From Gaiellaceae bacterium (GTDB lineage Bacteria; Actinomycetota; Thermoleophilia; Gaiellales; Gaiellaceae): 50,171 bases of DNA. This document shows positions 32,737 through 43,395 of this stretch, piece after piece; within the stretch, counting starts at the first letter, position 1; each line of letters opens with the position of its first letter. Below the pieces are notes generated by a model. The model worked only from the letters and a program-made list of their open reading frames with translations, ran no database searches and was not told the DNA's origin. The translations under genes and the position numbers were made by a program. The stretch is taken from NCBI GenBank assembly GCA_035317565.1, contig DATHGN010000086.1, forward strand, positions 1-50,171. Direction: 5' to 3'.

Positions 32737-33789
32737 TCAGACGAGCGCGAGCTGGCGATGGCTTGCCAGACCCGAGACGCCGACCCCCACCAGCCGAAGC
32801 GCACCCGGGCGGTCGGTGAGCGCGCGGTCGAGCAGTCCGCACGCGAGCTCACCGATCTGCTCGCCGTCATCGATCCCCACGCGCAACGACGTCGACCGTG
32901 TGCGGATCGAGAAGTCGGTGTAGCGCAGCTTCGTCGACACGGTGCGACCCGTCCTTCCGGTGTCACGGAGGTGCTGCGAAAGCCGCTCGGCCATCCGGCG
33001 CAGCTCCGCGTGCAACTGCGTCCTGTCGGTGAGATCGCGTTCGAAGGTGTTCTCGATGCTGATCGAAATGCGCTGTGTTTGCTGGTCGAGCCCGCGGGGA
33101 TCGGTTCCGCGGGCGCGCTCCTGCAGCATGCGTCCAACACTCCCCGGCAGGAGGCGCCGAAGCTCTCCCTCCGGGAGCGCAGCGAGCGAGCCGATCGTCT
33201 CGACGCCGGCGGCGAGGAGGCGCTGCTCGGCCTTTGGTCCGACACCCGGGAGCCGCCTGACGTCGAACGGCGCGAGGAAGTTCGCCTCGTGGCCCTCGGG
33301 AACGACGGTGAGACCGCCCGGCTTACGGTGGTCACTGCCGATCTTCGCCACGACCTTCGACGTCGAGACTCCGATTGCACAGGTGAGGCTCGTCGCAGCT
33401 CTGACGGCGATCTGCACCGCCTCCGCGACCTTGCGGGCCTGGAGAAACGTCGCGGCCACCTCGCCGACATCGAGGTAACCCTCGTCGAGCCCCGTCTTCT
33501 CGACGGTGGGCACGACGCCTCGCACCGTCTCCCAGACGTGCTCGGAGTATTCGCGGTACAGCGCGTGGCGAGGGCGGAGGAAGACCACCCGGGGACACCG
33601 CCGCAGGGCCTCCGCACAGCTCATGGCGGAGTGGATGCCGAACTTCCGCGCCTCGTAGTTCGCTGTCGCGACGACGCCCCGACCGTGTGGATCGCCGCCG
33701 ACGACGAGCGGCTTCGTCCGAAGGCTCGGGTCTTCGAGCTCCTCGACCGCGGCGAAGAAGGCGTCGAGATCGAGGTGGGCGATGATCAT
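32737..33789 (-). CDS. dinB: DNA polymerase IV (Y-family)
   Basis: [17 protein letters not shown]...VVGG...[17 protein letters not shown]. Start trimmed to ATG 33789. Confidence 0.92.
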   Translation of the reverse strand: MIIAHLDLDAFFAAVEELEDPSLRTKPLVVGGDPHGRGVVATANYEARKFGIHSAMSCAEALRRCPRVVFLRPRHALYREYSEHVWETVRGVVPTVEKTGLDEGYLDVGEVAATFLQARKVAEAVQIAVRAATSLTCAIGVSTSKVVAKIGSDHRKPGGLTVVPEGHEANFLAPFDVRRLPGVGPKAEQRLLAAGVETIGSLAALPEGELRRLLPGSVGRMLQERARGTDPRGLDQQTQRISISIENTFERDLTDRTQLHAELRRMAERLSQHLRDTGRTGRTVSTKLRYTDFSIRTRSTSLRVGIDDGEQIGELACGLLDRALTDRPGALRLVGVGVSGLASHRQLALV

Positions 33790-33979
33790 CGCTCGAAAGC
33801 CTAGACGGCGGACCTTCCGGCACCCGCCTTGCCGCCCCTTACGAGGTACACGTGCGCGCGCGCGCGCGTCCCCACCCGGGTGGGGGTCTTCACCCACCAC
33901 CCACTGCGCTCGATGCTACTCCGGGAAGGCGAAACGGTCTGTGCCAATCTTGCGCCGAAACGCAGCGCTTGCACCTCGG

Positions 33980-35188
33980 TCAGGCAAGGACCCATTTGTC
34001 GCTGCGGATGATCGGGACTGCGGTGCCTCCGGCTTCGAGTCCGTCGACTTCGACCTCGGGGCCGCCGATCATGAAGTCGGTGTGCACGCTCGACGTGTTC
34101 GCCGCGCCCTCCGGAAGCTCGACCTCGGGGTTCCGTGTGAAGGCCAGGCCAGCGCCGTACGCGATGTGGCAGGTGGCGTTCTCGTCGAAGAGCGTGTCGA
34201 AGAACGTCACGCCCAGCTGACCGACACGCGAGGAGCCGTCGACAAGCGCGACCTCGCCCAGCCTCGTGGCGCCGTCATCGGTCTCGAGTTGCGAGCGCAC
34301 GACGTCTTCGCCCTTGGACGCCTTCACCTCGACCACGCGGCCGCCCTCGAAACGCAACTCGAGATCCTGGACCATCACGCCTCCGGCCAGTCCCAGCGGT
34401 CGCGTCGAGCGCACGATTCCCTCGGTGCGGCGCGCATCAGGCGCGGTGAAGACCTCTTCGGTCGGCATGTTGGGCACATGCGTGCGGCCGTCGGCCGTCT
34501 CGAGCTGTGCGGCACCCCAGTTGAACGCCGGTGTCAGCCCGATCGTCAGATCGGTGCCCGGACCTCGGAATCGGAGCGCGTCGAAGCCGCGCTCGGTCAG
34601 CGAAGCCGCCCGAGCGACGAGCCGCCCGATGTGGTCCTGCCATGCCTGTACCGGATCGGGCTCGTCGAGCCGGACCGCCTTCGCGACGTTCTCCCAGAGT
34701 CGATCGACGTCGGGCTCGCCGAACACCTTCGTCGCCCAACCTTCGTTCGGGAACGCGACGATCGTCCAGTTCATCCGGCGATCCTCGAAGATCACTTCGA
34801 GCGCCCGTTGCGAATACTCCTTCGGGCGTGCCTTGCCGACGCGCACACCGTCGAGGTCCGAGAGCAGCTCCGGGTTCGGATCTCCGGTGATCGCGATCTC
34901 GGCGCCGCCGACCTCGGCGAAGTGCTCGAGCTGCGCGAGTTGCCACGGTGGCGACCACTCGAGTGTGTCGTCGTCGGCATGCTGGATCAACTCACGCTTG
35001 AGGTACGTGTCGGCGTAGTCGACGGCGACGTAGCGGGCACCGGCCTCGTAGGCCGCAGCGGCGAGCGCACGGGCGAGCGGTGCATGCTCGACAAAGCACC
35101 TGATGAGAACATCCTGGCCCTCGCCGACGTTGGCTCCCACGCGCACCGCGAGATCGGCGTATCGCCGCAAAAGGCCTTCGTCGGGCAT
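33980..35188 (-). CDS. M29 family aminopeptidase (AmpS/PepS-like)
   Basis: [22 protein letters not shown]...HIAYGAG...VHTDFMIG. Start set at MPDEG (35188) so that it does not overlap the divergent gene. Confidence 0.88.
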   Translation of the reverse strand: MPDEGLLRRYADLAVRVGANVGEGQDVLIRCFVEHAPLARALAAAAYEAGARYVAVDYADTYLKRELIQHADDDTLEWSPPWQLAQLEHFAEVGGAEIAITGDPNPELLSDLDGVRVGKARPKEYSQRALEVIFEDRRMNWTIVAFPNEGWATKVFGEPDVDRLWENVAKAVRLDEPDPVQAWQDHIGRLVARAASLTERGFDALRFRGPGTDLTIGLTPAFNWGAAQLETADGRTHVPNMPTEEVFTAPDARRTEGIVRSTRPLGLAGGVMVQDLELRFEGGRVVEVKASKGEDVVRSQLETDDGATRLGEVALVDGSSRVGQLGVTFFDTLFDENATCHIAYGAGLAFTRNPEVELPEGAANTSSVHTDFMIGGPEVEVDGLEAGGTAVPIIRSDKWVLA

Positions 35189-35212
35189 CGGCGCGATTGT
35201 AGGCTCCTGGTC

Positions 35213-36772
35213 GTGGCGCTCCTCCATTCAACCGTCGAACGAGACGAGACCTTCGAGCGGCGGCGAGACCGGATGGAGGGCCTCGTCGGCGAGCTGCGTG
35301 AGCGGACAGCCCTGATCGCCAAGGGCGGTGGCGACAAGGCGACAGAACGTCACCGGTCGCGGGGAAAGCTGCCGGCACGCGAGCGCATCGACCGCCTCGT
35401 CGACCCGGGCGCAGCCTTCCTCGAGCTGAATGCGCTCGCCGCCTGGGATCTGTACGAGGGGCAGGCGCCGGCCGCCGGGATCGTGACCGGCATCGGTGTG
35501 GTCGAGGGCCGCGAGTGTGTGATCGTCGCCAACGACGCAACGGTGAAGGGCGGCTCGTACTTCCCGCTCACCGTCAAGAAGCACCTACGTGCGCAGGAGA
35601 TCGCGGAGCAGAACAACCTTCCCTGCATCTACCTCGTCGACTCGGGCGGTGCCTTTCTGCCACTGCAGGACGAGGTCTTCCCGGACCGCGACCACTTCGG
35701 CCGCATCTTCTTCAACCAGGCGCAGATGTCGGCCAAAGGCATCCCTCAGATCGCCGTCGTGATGGGATCATGCACTGCCGGCGGGGCGTACGTGCCCGCG
35801 ATGTCGGACGAGACGGTCATCGTCCGCGGCACCGGGACGATCTTCATCGGCGGGCCGCCGCTCGTGAAAGCGGCAACCGGTCAAGACGTGACCGCCGAGG
35901 AGCTCGGCGGCGCGGACGTGCACACGCGGCACTCAGGCGTCGCCGACCATTACGCGACCTCCGACGAGCACGCCCTCGCCCTGGCACGGCAGATCGTCCG
36001 CAACCTGCAGGGACGCACGCCCGACCCGCCGTGGGAGCCGGCCGAGCCCGAGCCTCCGGCGGCCGACCCGGCAGAGCTCTACGGACTAATTCCCGAGGAC
36101 TTCCGCCAACAGGTGGATGCACGCGAGCTGATCGCGCGGATCGTCGACGGTTCCCGCTTCGACGAGTTCAAGGCGCTGTACGGCGAAACGCTCGTGACCG
36201 GCTTCGCCCACGTCGAGGGCTGCCCGGTCGCCATCCTGGCCAACAACGGCGTCCTCTTCGCGGAGTCCTCGCAGAAGGGGGCGCACTTCATCGAGCTCGC
36301 CACGAAGCGGCGCATCCCGCTCGTCTTCCTCCAGAACATCACGGGCTTCATGGTCGGCCAGGAATACGAGGCAGGCGGAATTGCCCGCGACGGCGCGAAG
36401 CTGGTCATGGCGGTCGCGAACGCGCGGGTGCCGAAGTTCACCGTGATCGTGGGCGGTTCGTTCGGCGCGGGGAACTACGCGATGTGCGGCCGCGCCTACG
36501 AGCCGCGACAGCTGTGGATGTGGCCCAATGCGCGCATCTCGGTGATGGGCGGCGAACAGGCGGCCACCGTCCTGACGATGGTCGGTGACGCCGACCCGGA
36601 CGAGATCCGCGCCAAGTACGAGCACGAGGGCAGCCCGTACTACTCCACCGCACGGCTGTGGGACGACGGGATCATCGACCCGCTCGACACACGTCGTGTG
36701 CTCGCGCTCGGACTGTCGTCGGCGCTCAACGGTCCCATTCCCGAAACCACCTTCGGCGTCTTCCGAATGTGA
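35213..36772 (+). CDS. methylcrotonyl-CoA carboxylase beta subunit (carboxyltransferase, LiuB/MccB-like)
   Basis: From memory, resembles Pseudomonas LiuB from its N-terminus ([13 protein letters not shown]... against AILHTQINPRSAEF...). [46 protein letters not shown] start at 35213. Confidence 0.88.
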   Translation: MALLHSTVERDETFERRRDRMEGLVGELRERTALIAKGGGDKATERHRSRGKLPARERIDRLVDPGAAFLELNALAAWDLYEGQAPAAGIVTGIGVVEGRECVIVANDATVKGGSYFPLTVKKHLRAQEIAEQNNLPCIYLVDSGGAFLPLQDEVFPDRDHFGRIFFNQAQMSAKGIPQIAVVMGSCTAGGAYVPAMSDETVIVRGTGTIFIGGPPLVKAATGQDVTAEELGGADVHTRHSGVADHYATSDEHALALARQIVRNLQGRTPDPPWEPAEPEPPAADPAELYGLIPEDFRQQVDARELIARIVDGSRFDEFKALYGETLVTGFAHVEGCPVAILANNGVLFAESSQKGAHFIELATKRRIPLVFLQNITGFMVGQEYEAGGIARDGAKLVMAVANARVPKFTVIVGGSFGAGNYAMCGRAYEPRQLWMWPNARISVMGGEQAATVLTMVGDADPDEIRAKYEHEGSPYYSTARLWDDGIIDPLDTRRVLALGLSSALNGPIPETTFGVFRM

Positions 36773-36984
36773 TGCGTCTCTTCAGCAGGAAGCCGAAGCA
36801 GCGGCTGAGGGAGCTCGGCGAGTCGGAGGCGTATCACCATTCCTACGGCGAGCCGCCGCGAGACGTGAAGATCGTGAAGCTCGAACCACGACGCCCCCGC
36901 TATCGACAGGTCCTCGCAGACGGCGAACGCATGCGACAAGCTTTCCTGCAACGACTGGACAACCGAGACAAGGAGGAGCAGTAG
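36772..36984 (+). CDS. hypothetical small protein (70 aa)
   Basis: The ATG overlaps the upstream stop (TGATG). [38 protein letters not shown]... Confidence 0.4.
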   Translation: MRLFSRKPKQRLRELGESEAYHHSYGEPPRDVKIVKLEPRRPRYRQVLADGERMRQAFLQRLDNRDKEEQ

Positions 36985-37346
36985 TGGCCGGATACGACGT
37001 CGCCGATGTCGGCGAACTGGAGGCGGAAGGCCCGGGCGGGATGGTGCGGAAGGTTCGCCGGGCAGTCGACGGAAAAGCCTTCGGCTTCAACTACTTCATC
37101 CTCCCTCCGAATCAGGAAGGCCGCGAGCACGAGCACAGCGACACCAACCAGGAAGAGGTCTACTTCGTGGTGAAAGGGTCTGGAACCATGCGTGTCGACG
37201 GCGACGAAGTCGAGCTGGTACCAGGTCGCTTCGTTCGTGTGGATCCCACCGTAGTCCGCGTGGCCGTCTCCGGGGCCGACGGGCTCGAGTTCGTCACGTT
37301 CGGCGCGCCAATCGACACGCAGTACGAACCCCCTTCATGGGGCTAG
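36984..37346 (+). CDS. cupin domain protein
   Basis: GTG start preceded by AGGAGG. GREHEHSDTNQEEVYFVVKGSGTMRVDGDEVELVPG. Confidence 0.75.
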   Translation: MAGYDVADVGELEAEGPGGMVRKVRRAVDGKAFGFNYFILPPNQEGREHEHSDTNQEEVYFVVKGSGTMRVDGDEVELVPGRFVRVDPTVVRVAVSGADGLEFVTFGAPIDTQYEPPSWG

Positions 37347-37354
37347 GAGGCGTC

Positions 37355-37498
37355 ATGCACTCAATCGAGCTGTCCAACGAAGAGCTGCGGCTCTTGCACG
37401 CAGCACTGCACTCGTATCTCGACGACTTCGGCCACGAAGAGGCCGACCTGCTGCGGAGCGTGAAGGCGCTACTCGCGAAACTGCCACCTCCCGCGTGA
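37355..37498 (+). CDS. possible small helical protein (47 aa, below track cutoff)
   Basis: AGGAGG lies 4 nt upstream of the ATG. MHSIELSNEELRLLHAALHSYLDDFGHEEADLLRSVKALLAKLPPPA. Its stop overlaps the next start (GTGA). Confidence 0.4.
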   Translation: MHSIELSNEELRLLHAALHSYLDDFGHEEADLLRSVKALLAKLPPPA

Positions 37499-37833
37499 TC
37501 CTTCGGTTCGTCCTCTGGAATCTCGCGGACTCCAAGACGACGATCCAGGAGCTGCGCCGCTACCTCCGCGACGAGTCTGCGGACGCCTTCGCCGACGTTC
37601 CAGGCCTGCGCTTCAAGGCCTGGGTCTCGGACGAAGTGACCGAGCGCTGGGGCGCCGTGTACCTCTGGGAGTCCGCCGAGGCCTCCGAGCAAGAGCTGCC
37701 GACCCGGGCCGGTGAGCTGATCGGCAAGGATCCCGATGTCGCCGAGACGTTCGACGTCGAAGCGACCATCGAGGGTCGTTACGTCAACGAGCAGCTGTCG
37801 CGGCTCGGGCTCGCCTTCGAAGCGGGCGGCTAG
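37495..37833 (+). CDS. YdhR-like / ABM-fold small protein
   Basis: GLRFKAWVSDEVTERWGAVYLWESAEASEQ resembles E. coli YdhR [22 protein letters not shown] (recalled from memory). Confidence 0.55.
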   Translation: MILRFVLWNLADSKTTIQELRRYLRDESADAFADVPGLRFKAWVSDEVTERWGAVYLWESAEASEQELPTRAGELIGKDPDVAETFDVEATIEGRYVNEQLSRLGLAFEAGG

Positions 37834-38870
37834 AGAATCAGACTTTCAGGAAACGTGATCTCGCTCGAGAAACGATCCAGCCGGTACGGCGACAGATCGA
37901 GCGACGACTCTCCGTGCACCAGCTCTTCCGCCACGGCGCGGCCGACAGCAGGCGACTGCATGAACCCGTGGCCGGAGAAGCCGCAGGCCGCGTAGAGCCC
38001 GTCTCCGACCGGCCCGATGATCGGATGCGCATCGGGAGTCATGTCGTAGAGCCCGGCCCACGCGCGTGCGATGCGGGTCTCGCCCGCCGGCGGATAGCGA
38101 TGCGCGAGACGCTCGAGCCGGTCGCCGAAGACCGTCTCGTCGACGACTTGGTCGAAGCCCCAGCGCGGCACGGCATCGGTCATCGCGATCCGGAGGCAAT
38201 CGTCGCGTCGCCTGAAGTGGAAGCCGGTCTCGGCCTCGATCACCATCGGCAAGTCGTCCGGCAGGTCCGCAATCGGCTCGGTCTCGAGCAGCTGCCGTAC
38301 GAGCGGGCGGATCGGAAGGCCGACACCGAAGTCACCGGAGTACGCTCCCGCCGCGATGACGAGAACGTCGCGCTCGAGCTCGCGCGCATCGGTGTGCTCG
38401 CGCAGCTCGACGCCTAGCTCGACGGTTCGCCGGACAACCTCCCTGGTCAGCGCGGGCGGATCGGCGACCCCGTCGGTGGGACAAAACGCCGCGCCGAGAA
38501 TGTCATTCGCTTGTAGTCCGGGAACCGAGCTCGGATCGACACGCCTGACCGGCACGCCGAGCTCCGCCTGCAGCTCCCTTCGTGCCTCGAGCTCGTCACG
38601 ACCTTCGGCCGTCGTCGCAATGAAGAGATAGCCGACCTGCTGGAACCATTCGGCGCCGAGCTCCTCGAAGAAGGCGATCGACTCTTGCGCGAGACGCACT
38701 TCGGCCGCGGTCGAGAACTGCTGCCGCACGCCGCCCATTGCCTTGCCGGTCGACCCCGACGCGATCTCGGACCGATCGGCGAGCACGACGTCCTCCGCAC
38801 CGAGGAGGGCGAGGTGATACGCGATGCAAGCTCCTACAGAGCCGCTACCGGCGACGACGATTCGAGCCAT
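37830..38870 (-). CDS. FAD-dependent oxidoreductase (DAO family)
   Basis: N-terminal IVVAGSGSVGACIAYHLA dinucleotide-binding fold. Confidence 0.85.
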   Translation of the reverse strand: MARIVVAGSGSVGACIAYHLALLGAEDVVLADRSEIASGSTGKAMGGVRQQFSTAAEVRLAQESIAFFEELGAEWFQQVGYLFIATTAEGRDELEARRELQAELGVPVRRVDPSSVPGLQANDILGAAFCPTDGVADPPALTREVVRRTVELGVELREHTDARELERDVLVIAAGAYSGDFGVGLPIRPLVRQLLETEPIADLPDDLPMVIEAETGFHFRRRDDCLRIAMTDAVPRWGFDQVVDETVFGDRLERLAHRYPPAGETRIARAWAGLYDMTPDAHPIIGPVGDGLYAACGFSGHGFMQSPAVGRAVAEELVHGESSLDLSPYRLDRFSSEITFPESLIL

Positions 38871-39691
38871 CGCTCGAGCTCCTTCTGCTCCGCGTGTGTC
38901 AGCGTGCGCAACGGCCGGCGAACATCCGGCCCCAGCGGGACTCCACGTCGTGCCACCACGAACTTCGCCGCGGCCTGGAACGGGAACCGCTCGAGCGCCG
39001 CACGCACAGGACCGAGGTCGGCACTACCCGGATCGCGCACCGCCGCCGCGACGAGCTCGGGAAAGGCGGAGCCGAGCGCGGACACTGCACCGACGGCGCC
39101 ACCCGCAAGACCTTGCGGCAGCAACGACTCCGGCCCGACGAAGATGTCGAGGCCCTCGATCAGGTACGGCCTGAAACTCTCCCAGGGCGTGTCCGACACC
39201 TTCAGCCCGCGGAAGTTGGGCGCCGCGTCACGCAACCGCTCCAGGACTGCCGGCGGAACTGCGTAACCACTACGCGCCGCGAACTCGTAGACGTAGAAGG
39301 CCGTCGGGTCGCATGCGCGTGCCGCAGCCGTCAGATGCGCCAACAACTCCGCCTCGTCGAGCGTGAAGTAGGGCGGCGGCATGACAGCGACGCCGGCAAC
39401 GCCGAGATCCGCCGCGTGAGCCGCAAGCTCCACCGTGTCCCACGTCGACTGCGCTCCGCAGTGCACCGCAACGAGCAGGCGTCCGTTCGCCGCCTCGACA
39501 AACAGCTGAGCCGCGCGCATGCGCTGCTCAACGGGCAGCAGAAAACCCTCGCCCGTGGTGCCGAGCGCCAGAAGCCCGTCGACTCCGCCGGCCGCCAGGA
39601 AATCGACATAGGGCGTGAACGCGTCCTCGTCGAGTGCCTCCCCCGCGTCGCGAAGCGGCGTGAGAGCCGCGGCTATTGCTCCTCGCAGCAT
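38834..39691 (-). CDS. dihydrodipicolinate synthase/N-acetylneuraminate lyase family protein
   Basis: AALTPL...GVDGLLALGTTGEG...YF pattern of the DapA family. Confidence 0.8.
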   Translation of the reverse strand: MLRGAIAAALTPLRDAGEALDEDAFTPYVDFLAAGGVDGLLALGTTGEGFLLPVEQRMRAAQLFVEAANGRLLVAVHCGAQSTWDTVELAAHAADLGVAGVAVMPPPYFTLDEAELLAHLTAAARACDPTAFYVYEFAARSGYAVPPAVLERLRDAAPNFRGLKVSDTPWESFRPYLIEGLDIFVGPESLLPQGLAGGAVGAVSALGSAFPELVAAAVRDPGSADLGPVRAALERFPFQAAAKFVVARRGVPLGPDVRRPLRTLTHAEQKELERWLESSSPVAAL

Positions 39692-39714
39692 CGAACGAAC
39701 TCTAAGCTCCAGAC

Positions 39715-40497
39715 GTGGCAGGCCTCCAGATCAAGCGCGACGGGCGCGTACTCCGGGTCACGCTCGCCCGGCCCGAGCGGCGGAACGCCTTCGACGCCGA
39801 GCTGATCGCCGAGCTCACGGAGGCCTTTGCCGACGTCGGGGACGCACGGGCTGTCGTCCTCGCCGGGGAGGGCCCGAGCTTCTGCGCCGGCGCGGATGTA
39901 GAGTGGCAGCGCTCGGCGATCGACCTCTCGCTCGAGGAGAACGTCGAAGACGCGCTGCGGCTCCACCGCATGTGCGAGACGATCGACCGCTGCCCGGCAC
40001 CGGTGATCGCGCGAGTGCAGGGCTACGCCCTGGGCGGCGGCTCGGGCCTCACCGCCTGCGTCGATGTCGCCATCGCAGCGCCGGACGCGGTCTTTGGGTT
40101 CTCCGAAGTGAAGCTCGGGATCATTCCCGCGGTGATCTCGCCGTTCGTCCTGCCGAGGATCGGCGCACACGCGAGGCGTTACTTCCTCACCGGCGAGCGC
40201 TTCGACGCGGAAACGGCCTTGCGCATCGGTTTGATCGAAGAAGTCGCCGCTGACCTCGACGCTGCTGTCGACCGCGTCCTCGCGGACTTCCTGAGCGGCG
40301 GACCCGAAGCGGTGCGTGCGGCGAAGCGGCTGATCCGTGAGCAGCCCGGTGGCGAAGAAGCGGCGAAGACAGCCGCACGGCTGCGCGCCGGAGACGAAGG
40401 GCAGGAAGGCTTGCGTGCATTTCTCGAAGGACGAACGGCACGCCTACCTGACGGCACCGAGTGGGGCGTTCAGCGCGCAACTCGCAAGTTGGAGTAA
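39715..40497 (+). CDS. enoyl-CoA hydratase/isomerase (crotonase) family protein
   Basis: LARPERRNAF, GEGPSFCAGADV, oxyanion-hole pattern GYALGGG. Confidence 0.88.
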   Translation: MAGLQIKRDGRVLRVTLARPERRNAFDAELIAELTEAFADVGDARAVVLAGEGPSFCAGADVEWQRSAIDLSLEENVEDALRLHRMCETIDRCPAPVIARVQGYALGGGSGLTACVDVAIAAPDAVFGFSEVKLGIIPAVISPFVLPRIGAHARRYFLTGERFDAETALRIGLIEEVAADLDAAVDRVLADFLSGGPEAVRAAKRLIREQPGGEEAAKTAARLRAGDEGQEGLRAFLEGRTARLPDGTEWGVQRATRKLE

Positions 40498-40508
40498 CGA
40501 GGCGGCTC

Positions 40509-41285
40509 GTGTTCACCGTTGAGCAGCGGGATGCTCTCCGCGAGCACGTGCTGCGGCTTGCGAAAAACGACGAGCGCGTCGTCGCCGGAGCCGCCGTCGG
40601 CTCGCTCGCCGTGGACAGCGGCGACCGCTTCTCCGACTTGGACCTCACGTTCGGTATCGCCGACAACGTGCCGGTCGCCGAGGTGCTTGACGACTGGACG
40701 AGTCGGCTCATCGGCGAGCGGGACGCGGTGCACCTTGTCGACCTCGAACGCGGTCCAACCATCTACCGCGTGTTCCTTCTGCCGGACGCGCTGCAGTTCG
40801 ACCTGTCGTTGACGCCGGCGGTTCAGTTTCGTCCAGCGGGGCCACGATTCCGGCTTCTGTTCGGCGCTACGGCTCCGGACGACCCCGAGATTCGCACACC
40901 ATCGGTGGCGGGGAATCTGTTCATTCCCACGCCGTTGGTCCCGCACGACCTCTTCGGGTGGGGCGTCATCTACGCGCTCCACGCGCGCGCGTGCGTCGAG
41001 CGGGGGCGTTTCTGGCAGGTCGAGCATTACGTCGGCGCCGTGCGCGACCACGCACTCTCGCTTGCCTGCCTCCGCCAGGGACTGCCCGCGGTGCAGGCGC
41101 GCGGCTACGACGACCTCTCGGCCGAGACCCTTGCTCGGTTCGGGGCTGCGCACGTCGCCGCCCTCGAGCCTGGAGCGCTCCGCGCAGCCCTGACCGCGTC
41201 TGTTCTTGCGCTCATGCGCGAGGGCGCGGAGGCGCGCCTACCGCACGCAGAAGCCGTTGGGCAGCGCATCGAGGGGTGGCGCTAG
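40509..41285 (+). CDS. nucleotidyltransferase-domain protein
   Basis: GS-x(n)-DxD signature GSLAVDSGDRFSDLDLTFG. GTG start at 40509, after the upstream stop. Confidence 0.6.
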   Translation: MFTVEQRDALREHVLRLAKNDERVVAGAAVGSLAVDSGDRFSDLDLTFGIADNVPVAEVLDDWTSRLIGERDAVHLVDLERGPTIYRVFLLPDALQFDLSLTPAVQFRPAGPRFRLLFGATAPDDPEIRTPSVAGNLFIPTPLVPHDLFGWGVIYALHARACVERGRFWQVEHYVGAVRDHALSLACLRQGLPAVQARGYDDLSAETLARFGAAHVAALEPGALRAALTASVLALMREGAEARLPHAEAVGQRIEGWR

Positions 41286-42454
41286 CAGCCTTGCCGGTAC
41301 GCAGGCTGCTGATCCTGACGGGCGCGATCGTCCTCGTCGACACGATGTTCTTCGCGGCGCTGACGCCGCTGCTGCCGCACTACGTCGACGAGCTGGGCCT
41401 CGGAAAGTCCGGAGCCGGCGTCCTGCAGGCCATGTATCCAGCGGGTGCACTCGTCGCGGGAATTCCGAGCGGCATCGTCGCCGCGCGACTCGGTGTCAAG
41501 CCGACGGTGTTGATCGGACTGTCGCTGATGGCATTCACGACGGTGGCCTTCGGTCTCGCCGATTCGGTCCTGGCGCTCGACCTCGCGCGTTTCCTGCAAG
41601 GAGTCTCGAGCGCGTTCTCGTGGACCGGCGCGCTCGCGTGGCTCGTCGCCGCAGCACCCGCCGGCCAGCGCGGCCGCCTGATCGGCTCTGCCTTCGGAGC
41701 AGCGATCGCCGGCGCGCTCTTCGGGCCGGTGCTCGGCGCCGTTGCCTCCTTCACCGGAACCGGGGCCGCCTTCGGTGCGGTCGCCGCCCTTGCGGTCGTT
41801 CTCTTCGTCGGGGCAGCGACGACGCCCGCCGCGGCGCCCGGGCGTCCACAGCCGATCAGCATGCTCTTCGACGCCATTCTCCGCGACCGCCGGATCCAGA
41901 CCGGCGTCTGGCTCTGCCTCCTCCCTGCCCTGTGCTTCGGCACGCTGTCCGTGCTCGCGCCGCTTCGTCTCTCGGACCTCGGCTGGGGTGCCGCCGCGGT
42001 GGGCGGCACGTATCTCGTCTCGGCGGCCGTGGAAGCAGCGTGGGCGCCGGTACTCGGACGGATCTCGGATCGACGCGGCCGCATACCGCCGCTTCGTGCG
42101 GCGCTCGCCGGGTCCGCGCTCGTGGCGGTTCTCCTACCTTGGCCGAACCGCGCCTTGGTGCTTGCGCTGCTCGTCGTCTGCGCGGGCTTTGCGTTCGGCA
42201 GCTTCTGGACTCCGGCGATGTCACTGGTCACCGATGCTGCGGAGGAGCGAGGCCTCGACTACGGGTACGCCTTCGCCCTCGTCAACGTCGCCTGGGCGCC
42301 GGGGCAAGCCGGCGGCGCCGCATTGGGAGGAGCTGTCGCGTCGGTCACAAGAGATGCGGTGCCGTACTTCGCGCTCGCCGTCTTGTGCCTGCTGACGCTC
42401 GCGGCGCTTTCGCGCTACAGGGAAACGGCGGCACCTGTGACCGCCGATTCGTAG
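41276..42454 (+). CDS. MFS transporter
   Basis: 12-TM-like profile. MFS loop motif GIVAARLGVKPT. GTG start at 41276. Confidence 0.82.
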   Translation: MALAALPVRRLLILTGAIVLVDTMFFAALTPLLPHYVDELGLGKSGAGVLQAMYPAGALVAGIPSGIVAARLGVKPTVLIGLSLMAFTTVAFGLADSVLALDLARFLQGVSSAFSWTGALAWLVAAAPAGQRGRLIGSAFGAAIAGALFGPVLGAVASFTGTGAAFGAVAALAVVLFVGAATTPAAAPGRPQPISMLFDAILRDRRIQTGVWLCLLPALCFGTLSVLAPLRLSDLGWGAAAVGGTYLVSAAVEAAWAPVLGRISDRRGRIPPLRAALAGSALVAVLLPWPNRALVLALLVVCAGFAFGSFWTPAMSLVTDAAEERGLDYGYAFALVNVAWAPGQAGGAALGGAVASVTRDAVPYFALAVLCLLTLAALSRYRETAAPVTADS

Positions 42455-43395
42455 AGCGCCTCGATCGTGCGCGCCTGACCAACGGCGTCCTCGCGCCCCA
42501 GGAGAGGATCGGTAGTCCCCCGGATGGCGTCGCTGAGGTTCTCGAGCTCGAGCCGATACGAGTCGGCGCGCTCGAGCTCGATTCGTTCCATCCCATCGTC
42601 GCGGCGGAGCTCGATCACCGGCTCGAGGCAGTGCCATGGATCGTCGAGGAAGAGCGATCCATCGGTTCCGATCACCTCGAGCTCGTCACGCTCGGGAAGG
42701 GCGGTCCCGCAGTCGAAGAGGGCGAAGACGTCGCCCGGGAAGCGCATCGTGCCGGTGAAGACCCAGTCGGTGCCGCTCGCGCCGACAAGCTGCTGCCCGT
42801 ACACGTGCTCGGGCTCGCCGCCGAGCAAGCGGGACCCGCTCACGCAGTAGCAGCCGACATCCATCAGGCTGCCGCCCTCAACCTCCGGCTGCAGGCGAAT
42901 GTTCTCCGTGTCGTACAGCGAATAGCTGAAGCAGGAGCGGACGAGCCGCACGTCCCCGATCACGCCCTCGTCCACGAGCTGACGGAGCCGTTTGGTCTGC
43001 GGGTTGTGGCGGTACATGAACGCCTCCATCAGGATCCGCTGCGCCTTCTCGGCTGCGTCGAATGCCGACTCGACGTCGACGACGTGCCTACTCATCGGCT
43101 TCTCGCAAAGCACGTGCTTTCCCGCCTCCACTGCACGGATCGACCACTCGCAGTGCAGCGTGTTCGGCAGCGAAATGTAGACGGCCTCGACATCGGCGTC
43201 CTCCAGCAGCGCTTCGTACGAGCCGTACGCACGGTCGATCTCCCATTCGCGGGCGTACTCCTGCGCCCGTCCTAAATCGCGGCTCGCCACCGCGATGAGG
43301 TCGACCTGCTGTGACGCGTGGGCGCCGGGAATGACCTTGCGGTTGATGTCGGCGGTCGAGAGGATCCCCCACTTGACGGCTGCGTCTACCCCCAT
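42415..43395 (-). CDS. Gfo/Idh/MocA family oxidoreductase
   Basis: N-terminal Rossmann fold and the EKP motif (VLCEKPMS). Confidence 0.88.
   Translation of the reverse strand: MGVDAAVKWGILSTADINRKVIPGAHASQQVDLIAVASRDLGRAQEYAREWEIDRAYGSYEALLEDADVEAVYISLPNTLHCEWSIRAVEAGKHVLCEKPMSRHVVDVESAFDAAEKAQRILMEAFMYRHNPQTKRLRQLVDEGVIGDVRLVRSCFSYSLYDTENIRLQPEVEGGSLMDVGCYCVSGSRLLGGEPEHVYGQQLVGASGTDWVFTGTMRFPGDVFALFDCGTALPERDELEVIGTDGSLFLDDPWHCLEPVIELRRDDGMERIELERADSYRLELENLSDAIRGTTDPLLGREDAVGQARTIEALYESAVTGAAVSL

Noticed and set aside
33782-35212. N-terminal 477 codons of the 996-aa plus-strand ORF
   Set aside because: This part is antisense to dinB and the M29 aminopeptidase and looks non-protein-like. 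Similarity to carboxyltransferases begins only at 35213.
41206-43275. 689-aa plus-strand ORF, and the 40958 extension of the MFS ORF
   Set aside because: The translations are Arg/Ala/Pro-rich. The ORFs overlap the MFS gene out of frame and the Gfo/Idh/MocA gene in antisense. The MFS gene starts near 41276.
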